From Candidatus Dormiibacterota bacterium (GTDB lineage: Bacteria > Chloroflexota > Dormibacteria > Aeolococcales > Aeolococcaceae), in contig CAVPXI010000023.1 of assembly GCA_963709585.1 (NCBI GenBank), positions 1-64,000 on the forward strand: DNA of 64,000 bases. The letters run 5' to 3'. The notes under the pieces were generated by a model. It had not been told where the DNA came from and ran no database searches. It saw nothing but the letters and a program-made list of their open reading frames with translations. Each line of letters begins with the position of its first letter. Within the stretch, counting starts at the first letter, position 1. The position numbers were made by a program, and so were the translations under genes. Below, piece by piece: positions 61,752 to 64,000 of this stretch.

Positions 61752-63217
61752 CACCCCAGACGGGGAGTTAAAAGTACCTGAAACCGTGTGCTTACAAGCC
61801 GTGAGAGGGCTATGCCCCTAGTGGGAATGCCTGATTGCGTGCCTTTTGTAGAATGAGCCGGCGAGTTACTTCCATGTGGCGAGGTTAAGGGGTTGACACC
61901 CGGAGCCGTAGCGAAAGCGAGTTTGAATAGGGCGTGACCACCGTAATGGTGGTGGTAGTCGCATGGAGTAGACCCGAAACCGAGTGACCTATCCATGGTC
62001 AGGGTGAAGCGCGGGTAAGACCGCGTGGAAGCCCGAACCGACCCCAGTTGAAAATGCGGCGGATGAACTGTGGATAGCGGTGAAATGCCAATCGAACTCG
62101 GATATAGCTGGTTCTCCTCGAAATGCATTTAGGTGCAGCGTCGTCGATGGGTTTGTGGCCGGTAGAGCACTGAATGGGCTAGGGGCGATCACCTCGTTAC
62201 CAAACCCAACCAAACTCCGAATGGCAACAAACTTTCCGGCGGCAGTGAGACGGTGGGGGCTAAGCTTCATCGTCGAAAGGGAAACAGCCCAGACCACCGG
62301 CTAAGGTCCCAAATCGCAAGCTAAGTGGAAAAGGATGTCACGGTGTCCAGACAACCAGGATGTGGGCTTAGAGGCAGCCACCATTTAAAGAGTGCGTAAC
62401 AGCTCACTGGTCGAATGTCGTGGCGCCGACAATGATCGGGGCTCAAGCTTGCAACCGAAGCCGTGGATGGCCTTCCTTCACAGGAAGGTCGTGGTAGAGG
62501 AGCGTTCTGTTTGCTGCGAAGCCTGACCGTAAGGACGGGTGGAGCGGACAGAAGTGAGAATGCCGGCACAAGTAGCGAGAAACGCGTGAGAAACGTGTTC
62601 GCCGTAAACCTAAGGTTTCCTGGGCTACGTTAATCGACCCAGGGTCAGTCGGGACCTAAGCCGAGGCCGAAAGGCGTAGGCGATGGACAGTTGGTCAACA
62701 TTCCAACACCGCCGCTGGTTCGTTATCAGCAATGGGGGAACGGGGAAGGATAGGCCTGACGGGGCGACGGTTGTCCCCGACGGAGCCTTGTAGGAGGTCA
62801 AGTAGGCAAATCCGCTTGACGCTAACTCCGAGAAGGATCCCAAGACACTTTGTGTCGATGGGGCCGGTTCCATGCCTCCAAGAAAAGCCTCTAGCGAGAA
62901 CCACGGCGCCCGTACCGCAGACCGACACAGGTAGGTGGGAAGAGGATTCCAAGGCGATCGAGGGAAACGTGGCTAAGGAACTCGGCAAAATGTCCCCGTA
63001 ACTTCGGGAGAAGGGGAGCCCTTGGCGGTGATCCGATTTACTCGGTGAGCTGACGAGGGCCGCAGAGAAAAGGCCCATCCGACTGTTTACTAAAAACACA
63101 GGTCTCTGCTAAAGCGTAAGCTGACGTATAGGGGCTGACGCCTGCCCGGTGCCGGAAGGTTAAGTGGAGGAGTGCAAGCTCTGAAATGAAGCCCCGGTAA
63201 ACGGCGGCCGTAACTAT

Positions 63218-63938
63218 CAACAATGACCGTGGTAGTTATAAAATTCGGCTATATGCTGGAATACCCGTCCTTGAAAAGGTGAAGTATCCCGTGCTAGACG
63301 CCGCACTGGTCCTCATGGATTCAGTCGGCTCTGACAATGCAACGGGTGCGGGCAATCAGCAGGAAAGGCTCTCCATCGCAACCATCGCATCAGATCTAGG
63401 CAACTTCCTTGCGGGCTTCGCCCTCGGGGAGGGGAGCTTCATGATTGTCTGTCGGCGGCGCGCCGACTATCGATGTGGATGGAAGGTTTCCGCAGCATTC
63501 AATGTCTCTCAGAATGACATCGCCCCGCTCGAGCTCTTTCGTAGGACGCTTGGGTGCGGAACGATTCGCATGGCTGGGAACGGTGGCTGGTACTTCGAGG
63601 TGAACAACCACAGAGACATCCAGGCCGCGGTGGTTCCGTTCTTCCGCCAGTATCCACTGGTGGGGAAGAAGCAAACCGACTTTGAGCTGTTCGCGGATGC
63701 GGTTTCGATACTGGCGCAGGCGCCACTCACCGACACCGCGTGTCGGGAGATTCTCGAGATTCGAGAGTCGCTCAACGGTGGTGGCAAACGCCGATACACC
63801 ATGGAGAGAATCCTCAGAGACTATACGCCGAACCCTTCGCGTTGAAGGGATGAGATAGTCCGATCTCATGGGCGACCATGAGAGCCGGTAACCACCCCGG
63901 CCACTCCAGGTCTGATGCCTGGAGGAGCAACAACGATG
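63218..63938 (+). mobile_element. Group I intron in 23S rRNA after U1917, 721 nt
   Basis: Interrupts GTAACTAT^AACGGTCC; P1 TAACTAT/GTAGTTA with U-G; P10 GACCGT/ACGGTC; P/Q/R/S at ~63253, 63354, 63814, 63850; terminal G. Confidence 0.95.
63315..63845 (+). CDS. Single-motif LAGLIDADG homing endonuclease in the L1917 intron
   Basis: FLAGFALGEGSF, FNVSQ, LGCGTI, VPFF...YPL..KKQTDF; frame intact. Confidence 0.92.
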   Translation: MDSVGSDNATGAGNQQERLSIATIASDLGNFLAGFALGEGSFMIVCRRRADYRCGWKVSAAFNVSQNDIAPLELFRRTLGCGTIRMAGNGGWYFEVNNHRDIQAAVVPFFRQYPLVGKKQTDFELFADAVSILAQAPLTDTACREILEIRESLNGGGKRRYTMERILRDYTPNPSR

Positions 63939-63952
63939 AACGGTCCTAAGGT

Positions 63953-64000
63953 AGGAAAGTAGCTGCCTTAGTAAAATCTGGCTATATGCTGGAAAACCCG
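63953..64000 (+). mobile_element. 5' end of a group I intron in 23S rRNA after U1931 (truncated by window end)
   Basis: Expected AGCGAAATT is absent after CCTAAGGT; P1 CTAAGGT/GCCTTAG with U-G; core element GGCTATATGCTGGAAA follows. Confidence 0.88.

Overview
High-GC bacterial chromosome segment. The 16S signature, large Alu-type SRP RNA and gene content suggest a Terrabacteria lineage such as Ca. Dormibacterota/Chloroflexota (inference). It is mostly housekeeping: a polyamine-catabolism operon, an ECF sigma/Rieske/DUF4331 cluster, murI, hemACDB-PPIase-hemL, tatAC, rph-rdgB, trxB, an SsuABC-like transporter, trpEGCFBA-aroA, mnmA, plsY, SRP RNA-dnaX-ybaB-recR and the start of an rRNA operon. 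Two things stand out. (1) A stand-alone NuoJKLMN-like membrane module (43.4-49.3 kb) in which, by eye, almost all protonatable residues conserved in complex I/Mrp antiporter subunits are replaced, followed directly by lipid acyltransferase genes. (2) An rRNA operon with three group I introns (16S S1498, 23S L1917 and L1931). The first two carry LAGLIDADG endonuclease ORFs, and the two 23S introns are separated by a 14-nt exon. Several small indels in conserved genes probably reflect sequencing/assembly errors. All calls come from manual motif recognition; no searches were run.
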